Below the pieces are notes generated by a model. The model was given only the letters and a program-made list of their open reading frames with translations, did no database searches and was not told the DNA's origin. From Candidatus Poribacteria bacterium (GTDB lineage: Bacteria; Poribacteria; WGA-4E; PCPOR2b), in assembly GCA_965116925.1 (NCBI GenBank), contig OZ220744.1:5312001-5376000 (forward strand): a stretch of 64,000 nucleotides of DNA, given 5' to 3'. The position numbers and the translations under genes are program-made. Positions 49,545-58,579 of the stretch are shown here, in pieces (positions within the stretch are counted from its first letter, which is position 1; the number at the start of each line of letters is the position of its first letter).

Positions 49545-50576
49545 TCAGATAATTTGGACACACTTTTCCCCATGGATAATCTTACCAATCAGAAATGGTG
49601 ATTCATTCGACTCTCGGAGTGAGGCAATTGCCACATCGATCTGATTCGGCGGCAGTACAAGGACTAGCCCAACTCCCATATTAAAAACATGGTACATCTC
49701 GGCTTCATCTACGCTCCCTTTCTCCTCAAGAAAGGGAAAGATTGGCGGTATCTCCCAAGTGCCCTTCCGAACCTCCGCACAGCAATTCGGAGGGAGAATG
49801 CGGACGATGTTATCTGATAACCCGCCGCCTGTAATGTGGGCGATGCCTTTAATATCGCAATGCTCCCGTAGGGCCAGAACACTCTTCACATAACTCTTGT
49901 GGCACGCAAGCAGCTCCGATCCAATCGTTGTACCGAGCTCAGGGATGTACCGATTGACTTCATAGCCACAAACCTCAAACACGATTCGTCGAGCAAGCGA
50001 AAAACCGTTTGTGTGTAAGCCAAGTGAGCCTAAACCGACCAAGCTATCTCCCGGTGCAATTCTGCTGCCTGTGATTAATTGCGACTCCTCGACCACGCCG
50101 ACAATTGTACCAGCAAGGTCATACTCACCCATGGCGTAGAGTTCCGGCAGCTCCGCGATTTCCCCGCCGATTAGCGCGCAGCCGATTTCCCGGCAACCCG
50201 CCGCCACGCCACTCACAATCTGCTCAACAACTTCAGGGTACAGCTTACTTGTGCCAATGTAATCTAGAAAAAAGAGCGGTTCCGCCCCTTGAACAAGGAT
50301 ATCATTTCCGCAGTGCGCCACAATATCAAACCCAATCGTATTGTGTCGGCCCGTCATAAAGGCAACCTTGAGCTTTGTGCCAACGCTGTCAGTGCTAGAC
50401 ACCAAGACTGGCTTTTCATACTCACCAAGTGCAAACAGCCCACCGAAATTGCCGACCTCGCTCAAGACCTCAGGACGATGGGTCGATTGAAGGAGGGGTT
50501 TTAAGCGCTTCAGGGCATCATCCTGTGCATCAATGGATACACCCGTGTTGGCGTAAGTTAATCCTTGCTCAGACAT
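49545..50576 (-). CDS. purM: Phosphoribosylformylglycinamidine cyclo-ligase
   Basis: STDSVGTK; GAEPLFFLDY; LIGGE.AE; AHITGGG; FNMGVG. Confidence 0.96.
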   Translation of the reverse strand: MSEQGLTYANTGVSIDAQDDALKRLKPLLQSTHRPEVLSEVGNFGGLFALGEYEKPVLVSSTDSVGTKLKVAFMTGRHNTIGFDIVAHCGNDILVQGAEPLFFLDYIGTSKLYPEVVEQIVSGVAAGCREIGCALIGGEIAELPELYAMGEYDLAGTIVGVVEESQLITGSRIAPGDSLVGLGSLGLHTNGFSLARRIVFEVCGYEVNRYIPELGTTIGSELLACHKSYVKSVLALREHCDIKGIAHITGGGLSDNIVRILPPNCCAEVRKGTWEIPPIFPFLEEKGSVDEAEMYHVFNMGVGLVLVLPPNQIDVAIASLRESNESPFLIGKIIHGEKCVQII

Positions 50577-50925
50577 CAGAGTTGTCAGATTCCTTCCGCT
50601 TTTCCATGCGTTGATTAAACGATTCTAAGCGCCGATTATTGATGAAAGCCATTATCTTATCCATCTTTAACAGGGAAGCGACCAATACCACAATACATAA
50701 TCCAACAGTGATTAACATTGCATGCTCTGCAGCAACTTGTGGAGTAACTGTTGGACTCAGTTTTTGAACCAGCAAGATCGCCGGTTGGTACACCACTATG
50801 CCAAGAATCGCGCATAAGATGATGGCGTAAAAGGTGAATCTGCCCTGCGATGTGGATAAGCCTCGCCGGACGTTTTGAAAGGGGTGGGAAGATCCAGACC
50901 GTTCTCTTCTTAATCTGTTTTGCAT
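50569..50925 (-). CDS. Small two-TM hypothetical protein between purF and purM
   Basis: AAAGGAG SD; two hydrophobic helices; overlaps the purM start. Confidence 0.65.
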   Translation of the reverse strand: MQNRLRRERSGSSHPFQNVRRGLSTSQGRFTFYAIILCAILGIVVYQPAILLVQKLSPTVTPQVAAEHAMLITVGLCIVVLVASLLKMDKIMAFINNRRLESFNQRMEKRKESDNSDV

Positions 50926-50961
50926 TGAATCACTCCTTTGGAATGGCTCCCGCTGCAACCA

Positions 50962-52395
50962 TTACTCCCCCTCATTCATAAAGGTAATGGGGAGTTGTGA
51001 CCTCGATTGCCCACTAAATTCAACAGGATAACTTCCATCAAAACAAGCCGTGCAAAAATCTTCGGGCGACTTCATAGACTTGAGCATGCCTTCAATGCTG
51101 AGATAGCCTAAACTATCTGCACGGATGTATTTACAGGTTTCTTCGATGGTGTGTGAACTGGCAATCAGCTCCTTGCGGGTTGGGGTATCAATACCGTAAA
51201 AACAGGGGAATTTATTCGGCGGAGAAGCGATGCGGACGTGAACCTCTGTAGCACCGCCCTGACGAAGCATCTTTACAAACTTTCGGCTCTCAGTGCCCCG
51301 CATAATCGAATCATCAACCACCACAACGCGCTTGCCTTCAAGTACATCACGAATCGGGTTTAATTTTACCTTGACCATCAGTTCGCGTACCTCTTGTGAA
51401 GGGTTCATGAAAGCACGTCCCACGTAGGAGTTTCGGTAGAGTCCCACATCAAACGGAATACCCGATTCTTCTGAATATCCCAACGCAGAAAGGGTTGCCG
51501 AATCCGGCACGGGGATGACGATGTCTGCTGCTGCGGGACACTCACGCGCCAACTGCCTACCAAGTTCACGTCTTGGGCGGTTAACGAGTTCACCGAATAC
51601 CACACTGTCCGGCCGTGAGAGGTAAATATACTCAAAGATACATTGTGACAGATGGGGTAATGTCTGCCCAAACATAAATGATTCCGGTTCCTTATCCTTC
51701 TCGGTAATAATTACCATTTCACCGGGGCTGACCTCGCGGATTGGCTCCGCTTCGATGACATCAAAGGCACACGTTTCAGAAGCGAGAACATAGGCATCGC
51801 CAGCGCGACCTAACCAGAGTGGACGGAAACCGTATATATCTCGCACACCGATCAGGATGGATTTTCCCATGAAGACAAGTGAATATGCACCGCGAATCTC
51901 TTTCAGGGCATCCAAGATACGATCTTCCAGCAGCGTCTGTCGTGAACGAGCAATGAGATGAGCTATAACCTCTGTGTCAGAAGTGGTGCTAAAAATTGAA
52001 CCAGCATCCTCAAGGTCATTGCGGATACGCTGGGCGTTCACAAGATTTCCATTGTGTGCAATAGCGAGAGGCCCCCGTTTGTATTCTCGAACCAACGGTT
52101 GTGCGTTCTGGAGGGTGCTGTGCCCGGTCGTTGAATAACGATTGTGTCCTAGCGCAAGGTCGCCCTCCAGCTTTCCCAAGGTATCCGAATCAAAGATGGT
52201 CGCAACAAGTCCCATACCGTGATGATATGTGAACAAATCGTCATCTGCAGCAACAATTCCGGCACTTTCCTGACCACGGTGCTGAAGGGCGCGTAAACCC
52301 AAGTAAGTGAATTCAACCGCTCTAGGGTGTCCCAAAATGCCGAATACCCCACATTCACATCTTGGCTTATCATCAAACGCATCGATATATTCCAT
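50962..52395 (-). CDS. purF: Amidophosphoribosyltransferase
   Basis: Propeptide then ECGVFG; LQHRGQESAG; HNRYST; HNGNLVN; VVVDDSIMRG; CTACFDG.YP. Confidence 0.96.
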   Translation of the reverse strand: MEYIDAFDDKPRCECGVFGILGHPRAVEFTYLGLRALQHRGQESAGIVAADDDLFTYHHGMGLVATIFDSDTLGKLEGDLALGHNRYSTTGHSTLQNAQPLVREYKRGPLAIAHNGNLVNAQRIRNDLEDAGSIFSTTSDTEVIAHLIARSRQTLLEDRILDALKEIRGAYSLVFMGKSILIGVRDIYGFRPLWLGRAGDAYVLASETCAFDVIEAEPIREVSPGEMVIITEKDKEPESFMFGQTLPHLSQCIFEYIYLSRPDSVVFGELVNRPRRELGRQLARECPAAADIVIPVPDSATLSALGYSEESGIPFDVGLYRNSYVGRAFMNPSQEVRELMVKVKLNPIRDVLEGKRVVVVDDSIMRGTESRKFVKMLRQGGATEVHVRIASPPNKFPCFYGIDTPTRKELIASSHTIEETCKYIRADSLGYLSIEGMLKSMKSPEDFCTACFDGSYPVEFSGQSRSQLPITFMNEGE

Positions 52396-52486
52396 ATTTG
52401 GGTAATTCTCCAATTTATCGGGTGTTCCGCCACACACTGGCACACTATTGCATGGCGTTTGAAAATCTTGGCAGTCTGGATTTGGG

Positions 52487-53029
52487 CTAGGGTTCAACTG
52501 ATGCAGTCCGCCTCCGCTCCATGCCAAGCCGGTAGCCAAGAATTGCGCCAATCGGGGCCGCAACGATGTACAAGAGCTCGGGAGGGCATTTTATCGCTAG
52601 TAAAATGCGAAGGGGTAGAGATATGATAAGGGCAAGCAATTGCGCTATATTTAAGAGTATGTAAAACAGCAAATTCGAGGCGACCAACGCTTCCCAGTGA
52701 ATATTCAGTAGTGACATCAACGCCACTATCGCAGGCGCACCAAGGAAGGCACCTTGATACGTGCGCTTACGGTCTATGCTAACGCCAAAGCGGCGTCCGG
52801 CAAATATAACGCCTTCAGCAACACCAGTGAGAGCCACCCCGTATGTCACACCAAAGGAAATCAGCAGGAGTAAACCCACCCAGAAGCCGTGCTGAACACG
52901 GTCACCGATTAAGCCTTTCCATAAGAGCAGTTCGACAATCAAGCGGCAGAGCCATCCGCTCGACAAACCGATAAAGCCACCTAAAGCAATTTGACTCACT
53001 GTTAAAGCAATCGTTCTCTTTCGAGACAT
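52487..53029 (-). CDS. Hypothetical membrane protein
   Basis: 4-5 hydrophobic segments; GGGAG SD. Confidence 0.6.
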   Translation of the reverse strand: MSRKRTIALTVSQIALGGFIGLSSGWLCRLIVELLLWKGLIGDRVQHGFWVGLLLLISFGVTYGVALTGVAEGVIFAGRRFGVSIDRKRTYQGAFLGAPAIVALMSLLNIHWEALVASNLLFYILLNIAQLLALIISLPLRILLAIKCPPELLYIVAAPIGAILGYRLGMERRRTASVEP

Positions 53030-53219
53030 ACCATACTCCCAAAAAATCAGGTTTGATGCGAAGATTATATCACGGCATCGCAGCTGTGTCAACTGGAATG
53101 AAACGTGAAGATGGCACCCGCAATTCTTCTCAATGCCATAGTATTAGATTAAACGAACACCAAGGCGAAAACGTGACAAGTATTAAGATTTTTTTTACCG
53201 CTTGAATTTGAGTTTGATC

Positions 53220-53248
53220 TTGACAGACCGCAGTCCATCACCTACAAT
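53220..53248 (+). promoter_or_regulatory. Sigma70-type promoter
   Basis: TTGACA-17nt-TACAAT. Confidence 0.6.
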
Positions 53249-53353
53249 TGTATAGTGACCGTTGCAAATCAGCCCCTGTGCTGCTGCAGGGGTTTTCTTG
53301 CTTAACTCATAGTTGCGACAGCAAACAGATTAAACCGAAGTGAGAGGAAACCA

Positions 53354-53989
53354 ATGAGCAACCTACTGTTTCAATCGGATGAAAAGGTGCTTTTTATTGG
53401 AGATAGTATCACCGACTGCGGGCGGCGGGGCGACCACGCGCCACTTGGGAACGGCTATGTCAAAAAGGTAACGGAACTAATCACTGCAAAGTATCCGGAG
53501 CGTCGAATTAGGTACGTCAATAAAGGCATCGGCGGCGATATCGTCGAAGGGCTTGAAGCACGGTGGGATACAGATGTTATTGCCGAAAAACCGAACTGGT
53601 TATCAGTGAAGATTGGTATCAATAATGCGTCACGGCAGCTTGGGGCAGGCATTCCAAACGAAGCATATCTCCCGGAATGGGAGACGTGCTATCGACGCAT
53701 CCTTACTCGTGCAAGAGATGAATTGGGCGTAGGACTTTTCATATTCGAGACCTTTTATATTGAAGAAGACGTTCCCCAACCCCGTCCGTTAGACGTTGAT
53801 GCCTATAATGAGATTATCCATCGGCTCGCGAACGAATTTAATGCCCGATTGATACGAACAAACGAAGCATTTGATCGAGCGGTGGCTGCGCGGCCGGGAA
53901 CGTTGTGGACAACCCAAGATGGCGTTCACCCAAATCCGGAAGGGCATACGCTGATGGCGTTAGAGTTTCTCAAACAGGCGGGATGGTAG
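53354..53989 (+). CDS. SGNH/GDSL hydrolase
   Basis: FIGDSITD; NKGIGG; IGINN; DGVHP. Confidence 0.92.
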   Translation: MSNLLFQSDEKVLFIGDSITDCGRRGDHAPLGNGYVKKVTELITAKYPERRIRYVNKGIGGDIVEGLEARWDTDVIAEKPNWLSVKIGINNASRQLGAGIPNEAYLPEWETCYRRILTRARDELGVGLFIFETFYIEEDVPQPRPLDVDAYNEIIHRLANEFNARLIRTNEAFDRAVAARPGTLWTTQDGVHPNPEGHTLMALEFLKQAGW

Positions 53990-54033
53990 AAATATCTGAT
54001 TGGCATTTGCATATTGCCGCTGGAGGCTTAATC

Positions 54034-54957
54034 ATGGACAGAGCTGCACAAGTATTAGAACGGATGAAAGGACCGGTAGTCCCCATTAATGTCTGTTTCA
54101 ACGTAGATGGCACAATCAACTACGACGCTGTCGGAGCGTATGTCAATTGGCTATGTGAAGCGCATACCCCTGTGCTTTTGCTCACTTACGGGAGCAGCGA
54201 ATTTGCAAGTATCAGCGATGAAGAACTTTGGGAATTAACAGAAACCGTTGCGTCCGTTAGTGCCGGACGTTCGCTCTGTATTGCGTCTACCAGCTACTGG
54301 AAGCCGGCGAAAACCCGGGATTTCCTGAAACACGCTGACGCCGTTGGTGTTGACGCTGTCAAAGTACAAATTAACCCTTGGCTGCCCAAGACACGAGAAA
54401 CACTGGTCCGATACTTCGACCTGATTGAAGATGTCTCCAACATACCGTTATTGCTCTGGGGAGTTGCACCACCACCATTCCCTGTGGAGGTCGTAGCGGA
54501 ATTGGCACAACGTCCCAACATCGTTGGCATGAAAAACGACGCACATCCCTTTTATGACTATTACGACTTGATTCGTGCCACAAAGAATGAGGGTTTTGGT
54601 GTGGTCAGCGGCGGACAAATGCGCAACTTCGTGTTCGGACACCAGATTGGGTCGCCTGCCTACCTGTGTCCCATCGCACCTTTCCGTCCTGATATCGCCC
54701 TGCAATTTTATCAATTATTGGTCGAGGGAAACTACGCTCAAGCGTGGGAGGTGGTTTATCGTTATGAAGAACCTTGGCTCCAATGGGCAATTGACAAAAA
54801 CTGGCTAGGAGTAATGAAGGCGACGGTACAACTTCAAGGATTGTATCCCAACAATCTGCTTGGTCCGCCGAATCCCCCACCGAGTCCGAACCTACTAACT
54901 GAAGTGCAGGAGAAGCTAGAGGAACTCTTTGGCGCATCGCGTACGCGCCCAATGTAA
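54034..54957 (+). CDS. Dihydrodipicolinate synthase/N-acetylneuraminate lyase-family protein
   Basis: DGTINYDA; YGSSEF (variant of GTTGE); PNIVGMK Schiff-base Lys. Confidence 0.8.
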   Translation: MDRAAQVLERMKGPVVPINVCFNVDGTINYDAVGAYVNWLCEAHTPVLLLTYGSSEFASISDEELWELTETVASVSAGRSLCIASTSYWKPAKTRDFLKHADAVGVDAVKVQINPWLPKTRETLVRYFDLIEDVSNIPLLLWGVAPPPFPVEVVAELAQRPNIVGMKNDAHPFYDYYDLIRATKNEGFGVVSGGQMRNFVFGHQIGSPAYLCPIAPFRPDIALQFYQLLVEGNYAQAWEVVYRYEEPWLQWAIDKNWLGVMKATVQLQGLYPNNLLGPPNPPPSPNLLTEVQEKLEELFGASRTRPM

Positions 54958-55067
54958 ATACTTGATAATCCGATTTCTGAAATCACTTCCCAATGGGCAT
55001 GTCCCAATTTCTAGTTCATGGAAAAAATCAAGAAGGAATAAATCACGATGTATGAGGAAAGGATAGA

Positions 55068-56483
55068 ATGGGCAGCCATGCAGCCGCACAATACTATCAA
55101 GATGCCGCTATGAGGCCTGAAATGTTTGACGAATTGCACAGTTTACTGGGTGATCGTCTGACTACCGCGAAAGATATTCGGGAGGATCATGCGAAGGATG
55201 TGTCTCATCACCCACCCCACCTACCGCATGCCGTCGCATTCCCCCACACTAACCCCGAAGTCTCCCAAATCGTGAAAATCTGTGCCCGGTATTCGGTTCC
55301 GATTGTTCCCTTTGGCACAGGAACTGGAGTTGAGGGGGCGGTTGTCGCTATCCATGGGGGTATCTGTGTCGATTTAACTCAGATGAACCAAATTCTTCAA
55401 GTCAATCAGAGTGATATGGACGTGACAGTACAGGCAGGAGTCACACGGAACCAACTCAACAGCCATCTGTCTGAAATCGGGACGGGGCTTTACTTTCCTG
55501 TTGATCCGGGGGCAGATGCCTCGTTGGGCGGTATGGCGGCGACACGCGCATCAGGCAATGCTGCGGTACGCTACGGCACCATGCGAGAGAATGTACTCGG
55601 ACTGACGGTGGTAACCGCCGATGGGAATATCATCCATACCGGCGGACGTGCCCGTAAGTCCTCCGCCGGTTATGATTTGACGCGATTATTTGTAGGGTCG
55701 GAAGGGACGCTGGGGGTTATCACAGAGGTAACGCTGAAGTTGGAAAAGACGCCAGAGGCTGTCTCAGCAGCGGTCTGTGCGTTTTCAGATATTGCAGCAG
55801 CGGCAAACACAGCCATCCAAGTGATTGGATCCGGCATTCCTGTGGCTCGACTAGAGTTGCTAGACGAAATCCAGATGGGGGCAGTTAATAACTACTCCGG
55901 CTTGGATTACAAAGTCGCGCCAACGCTCCTTTTTGAATTTCACGGTTCAGAATCAGCGGTGACTGAGCAAGCCCAAACTGTAGGCACAATCGTCCGTGAA
56001 TATGGCGGCGAAGGCTTTCAATGGGCAGCCGGGGAAGAAGATCGCAACCGGCTTTGGCAGGCACGGTATGATAGCTATTACGCCTCACTGGCACTCCGCC
56101 CCGGATCAGTTGGGTACGTCACGGATGTTTGCGTTCCCATCTCACGCTTGGCGGATTGTATCCTGAAAACCAAGCAGGAAATCCAAGCATCTGGCTTAAT
56201 CGCACCGCTGCTTGGGCACGTGGGAGATGGTAATTTTCATGTGGTGTTCCCGCTCGATCCCAACCAGCCCGAAGAGTTGAAGGAGGCACAACGACTCAGT
56301 CAACTTTTCGTTGAATATGCACTCCAGATGGACGGCACCTGCACCGGTGAACACGGCATCGGACTGGGCAAGATCGACGCTCTCAAACAGGAGCACGGAC
56401 CAGGCGTTGACATAATGCACGCCATTAAAAAGTCGCTAGACCCACAAAACATCATGAACCCCGGCAAGGTTATACCGCTCTGA
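55068..56483 (+). CDS. FAD-linked oxidase (D-lactate dehydrogenase/GlcD family)
   Basis: PFGTGTGVEG; DPGADASLGGM; GSEGTLG; HVGDGNFH; GEHGIG; MNPGK. Confidence 0.93.
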   Translation: MGSHAAAQYYQDAAMRPEMFDELHSLLGDRLTTAKDIREDHAKDVSHHPPHLPHAVAFPHTNPEVSQIVKICARYSVPIVPFGTGTGVEGAVVAIHGGICVDLTQMNQILQVNQSDMDVTVQAGVTRNQLNSHLSEIGTGLYFPVDPGADASLGGMAATRASGNAAVRYGTMRENVLGLTVVTADGNIIHTGGRARKSSAGYDLTRLFVGSEGTLGVITEVTLKLEKTPEAVSAAVCAFSDIAAAANTAIQVIGSGIPVARLELLDEIQMGAVNNYSGLDYKVAPTLLFEFHGSESAVTEQAQTVGTIVREYGGEGFQWAAGEEDRNRLWQARYDSYYASLALRPGSVGYVTDVCVPISRLADCILKTKQEIQASGLIAPLLGHVGDGNFHVVFPLDPNQPEELKEAQRLSQLFVEYALQMDGTCTGEHGIGLGKIDALKQEHGPGVDIMHAIKKSLDPQNIMNPGKVIPL

Positions 56484-56488
56484 GTGAC

Positions 56489-56845
56489 ATGAAAACGGCA
56501 TTCAAAAAAACGCTAATCGCTTTTTTTATTTTTATTCTAAGCCTTATTGGGATTCTAATCGGCGTTATCAAACACTGGTCGCAGAGCGGTTCTTTGATCG
56601 AAAGCATGATGATGGTTGACTTTTCAGGACTTTTGCTTAGTGTCTTGGGAGCATCAATCTTAATTCTTATCAGCGTTGCCTTGATCTTCTGGCTGGCACA
56701 CGCTTGGTCAGTCGAGCGGCCCGCATTAGGGGAACAAATCATCCGGCTGGCAATGATTGTGAGTATCCTGCTGATTCTTGTCTTCGGTGGAATGGGAATC
56801 GGTCTAATCGTTTTACGTACCCTCTGGACAGTAAATTATTTTTAG
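56489..56845 (+). CDS. Small three-TM hypothetical protein
   Basis: Three hydrophobic helices; starts 5 nt after the upstream stop. Confidence 0.55.
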   Translation: MKTAFKKTLIAFFIFILSLIGILIGVIKHWSQSGSLIESMMMVDFSGLLLSVLGASILILISVALIFWLAHAWSVERPALGEQIIRLAMIVSILLILVFGGMGIGLIVLRTLWTVNYF

Positions 56846-56877
56846 TGTGAGGTACAAAGATTAAAACATATCTATAT

Positions 56878-57144
56878 TAGCGGATTTTTTCATTTACACC
56901 CTGAGCTTACCCCCATCCTTTAGGCAGCCATGAATGAGATTTATAGTAAACACGAGAAATAAGGATACATTTACTAATAATTTCAACCGGCGCGAAATCT
57001 GCAAAGTCCCCCTGAACCCCTCTGATAAGAGGGGAAAGACAAGGGAGAAGATCCTCTCTTATCTTCTCCCCTTGTCAGGGGAGTTGGGGGATTTAGGGGG
57101 TTGGCTGTGTATTGAGAGGGTCTCATTAGTTCTAAAATCCGCTA
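56878..57144. mobile_element. MITE-like element with TAGCGGATTTT terminal inverted repeats
   Basis: TAGCGGATTTT (56878) and AAAATCCGCTA (57134); internal AAAGTCCCCCTGA...GGGGGATTTAGGGGGTT shared with the 12591 element. Confidence 0.55.
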
Positions 57145-57394
57145 TAAATTATAATCCCAATCTGCAATCAACAATAAGAATCCCAACGAAATGTAATTGT
57201 TTGTAACTGTTTGTAATACGATTGAAGGTCTATGACAAAACGTTTCATGCTGAAATAGGGACAATTTACCCATTTGCGCGGGAAAATTGGGAAAATTTGA
57301 TTTTCGCAGGCGAAACGTAACCTTTTTAATCTAACTCATGCTACCTTAGCACCTTATCTTTTAACTGCGTATCTACTAAGCAATAGAGAAAAAA

Positions 57395-57653
57395 ATGGTC
57401 GAGAAGCAAAAAATGCTGTTTCTCTGTACCGGGAACTCATGTCGGAGTCAAATGGCGGAAGGCTTCTTGAAAGATATGGCTGGTGATCGCTTTGAGGTCT
57501 ATAGCCCAGGACTGAAGCCATCATTGGGGGTTTGATGATCCAACGGAGGCGGAAGGGACTGAACCGGAGCGGTTCACCGTTTTTTGTCGAGTTCGTGATG
57601 AGACTCAGCAAAGTATCCAAGGGTGGTTAAAGACACTCGACCTACACCGATAG
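57395..57653 (+). pseudogene. arsC: Arsenate reductase (thioredoxin-coupled, LMW-PTP fold) pseudogene with internal deletion and frameshift
   Basis: [23 protein letters not shown]...EVYSPGLKP joined out of frame to [27 protein letters not shown]...*. Confidence 0.85.
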
Positions 57654-57696
57654 AGTTGGGATCTGCAGGTTCGCACCGAGAAAAATAGGGGAGCCA

Positions 57697-58530
57697 ATGT
57701 CACCGCGTTTTTTAGCGATAGGTCACTTCTGCAAAGATGTAGTACCGGATGGATACGTGCTGGGCGGGGGTGCGGCTTACTCGACGATTACGGCTCGCAA
57801 TCTCGGCTGCCGTGCCTGTGCGGTCACCGCTGTTGGCGCGGACTTTGACCGACAACAACCGAGCCTAGATGGGATTGATGTTTCCTACCACGAATCGCCT
57901 GAAACCACCATTTTCGATAACCGGTATGACTCAGATGGCAAACGCCAGCAGCTAATCTTAGGAGTCGGCGGTGAATTGGGACCACATCACATTCCACCTC
58001 AGTGGAAAAATGCGGACATCGCCTATCTTTGTCCACTTACCGGCGAGGTGGATTCCTCAATAGCCCAATACTTTGATCGTGCGTTAATCGGTGTTACACC
58101 GCAAGGATGGATGCGTGGGTGGGATAAGAATCGCCGTGTACATGCCAAACGGTGGCACACCGCCGAAGCCATCCTACCTCACGCAGACGTTCTGATTTTA
58201 AGTGAAGAGGACATCGCTGCATCTCCCGAAGATCTGGAAAAGTATATTCAGTGGACACGGATTGTTGTACTGACGAAAGGACGGCATGGCGCAACGCTGT
58301 ACGAAAATGGTCAAATCTTGGAATCCACTGCCTATCCTGCGGATGAGGTTGACCCAACAGGTGCGGGTGATGTATTTGCTGCAGCATTCCTAATCAAATA
58401 TCACGAGACCCGCTCACCACAAGCAGCGTTGAACTTTGCACACTGCACAGCATCATTTGCAGTCGAAGGATACGGAACGACAGGCATCCCGACGTTGAAT
58501 CAAGTCAACGCACGGCTCAGAAAAGCCTAG
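57697..58530 (+). CDS. PfkB-family carbohydrate kinase
   Basis: LGGGAAY; VLTKGRHGA; DPTGAGDVFAAAF. Confidence 0.92.
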   Translation: MSPRFLAIGHFCKDVVPDGYVLGGGAAYSTITARNLGCRACAVTAVGADFDRQQPSLDGIDVSYHESPETTIFDNRYDSDGKRQQLILGVGGELGPHHIPPQWKNADIAYLCPLTGEVDSSIAQYFDRALIGVTPQGWMRGWDKNRRVHAKRWHTAEAILPHADVLILSEEDIAASPEDLEKYIQWTRIVVLTKGRHGATLYENGQILESTAYPADEVDPTGAGDVFAAAFLIKYHETRSPQAALNFAHCTASFAVEGYGTTGIPTLNQVNARLRKA

Positions 58531-58579
58531 GAATCAAGAAAACCTTCTCTCATCTCCTCGTACAGACACATTGAAACTA

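Noticed and set aside
56934..57206. 90-aa ORF
   Set aside because: Runs through the MITE-like hairpin repeats; likely spurious.
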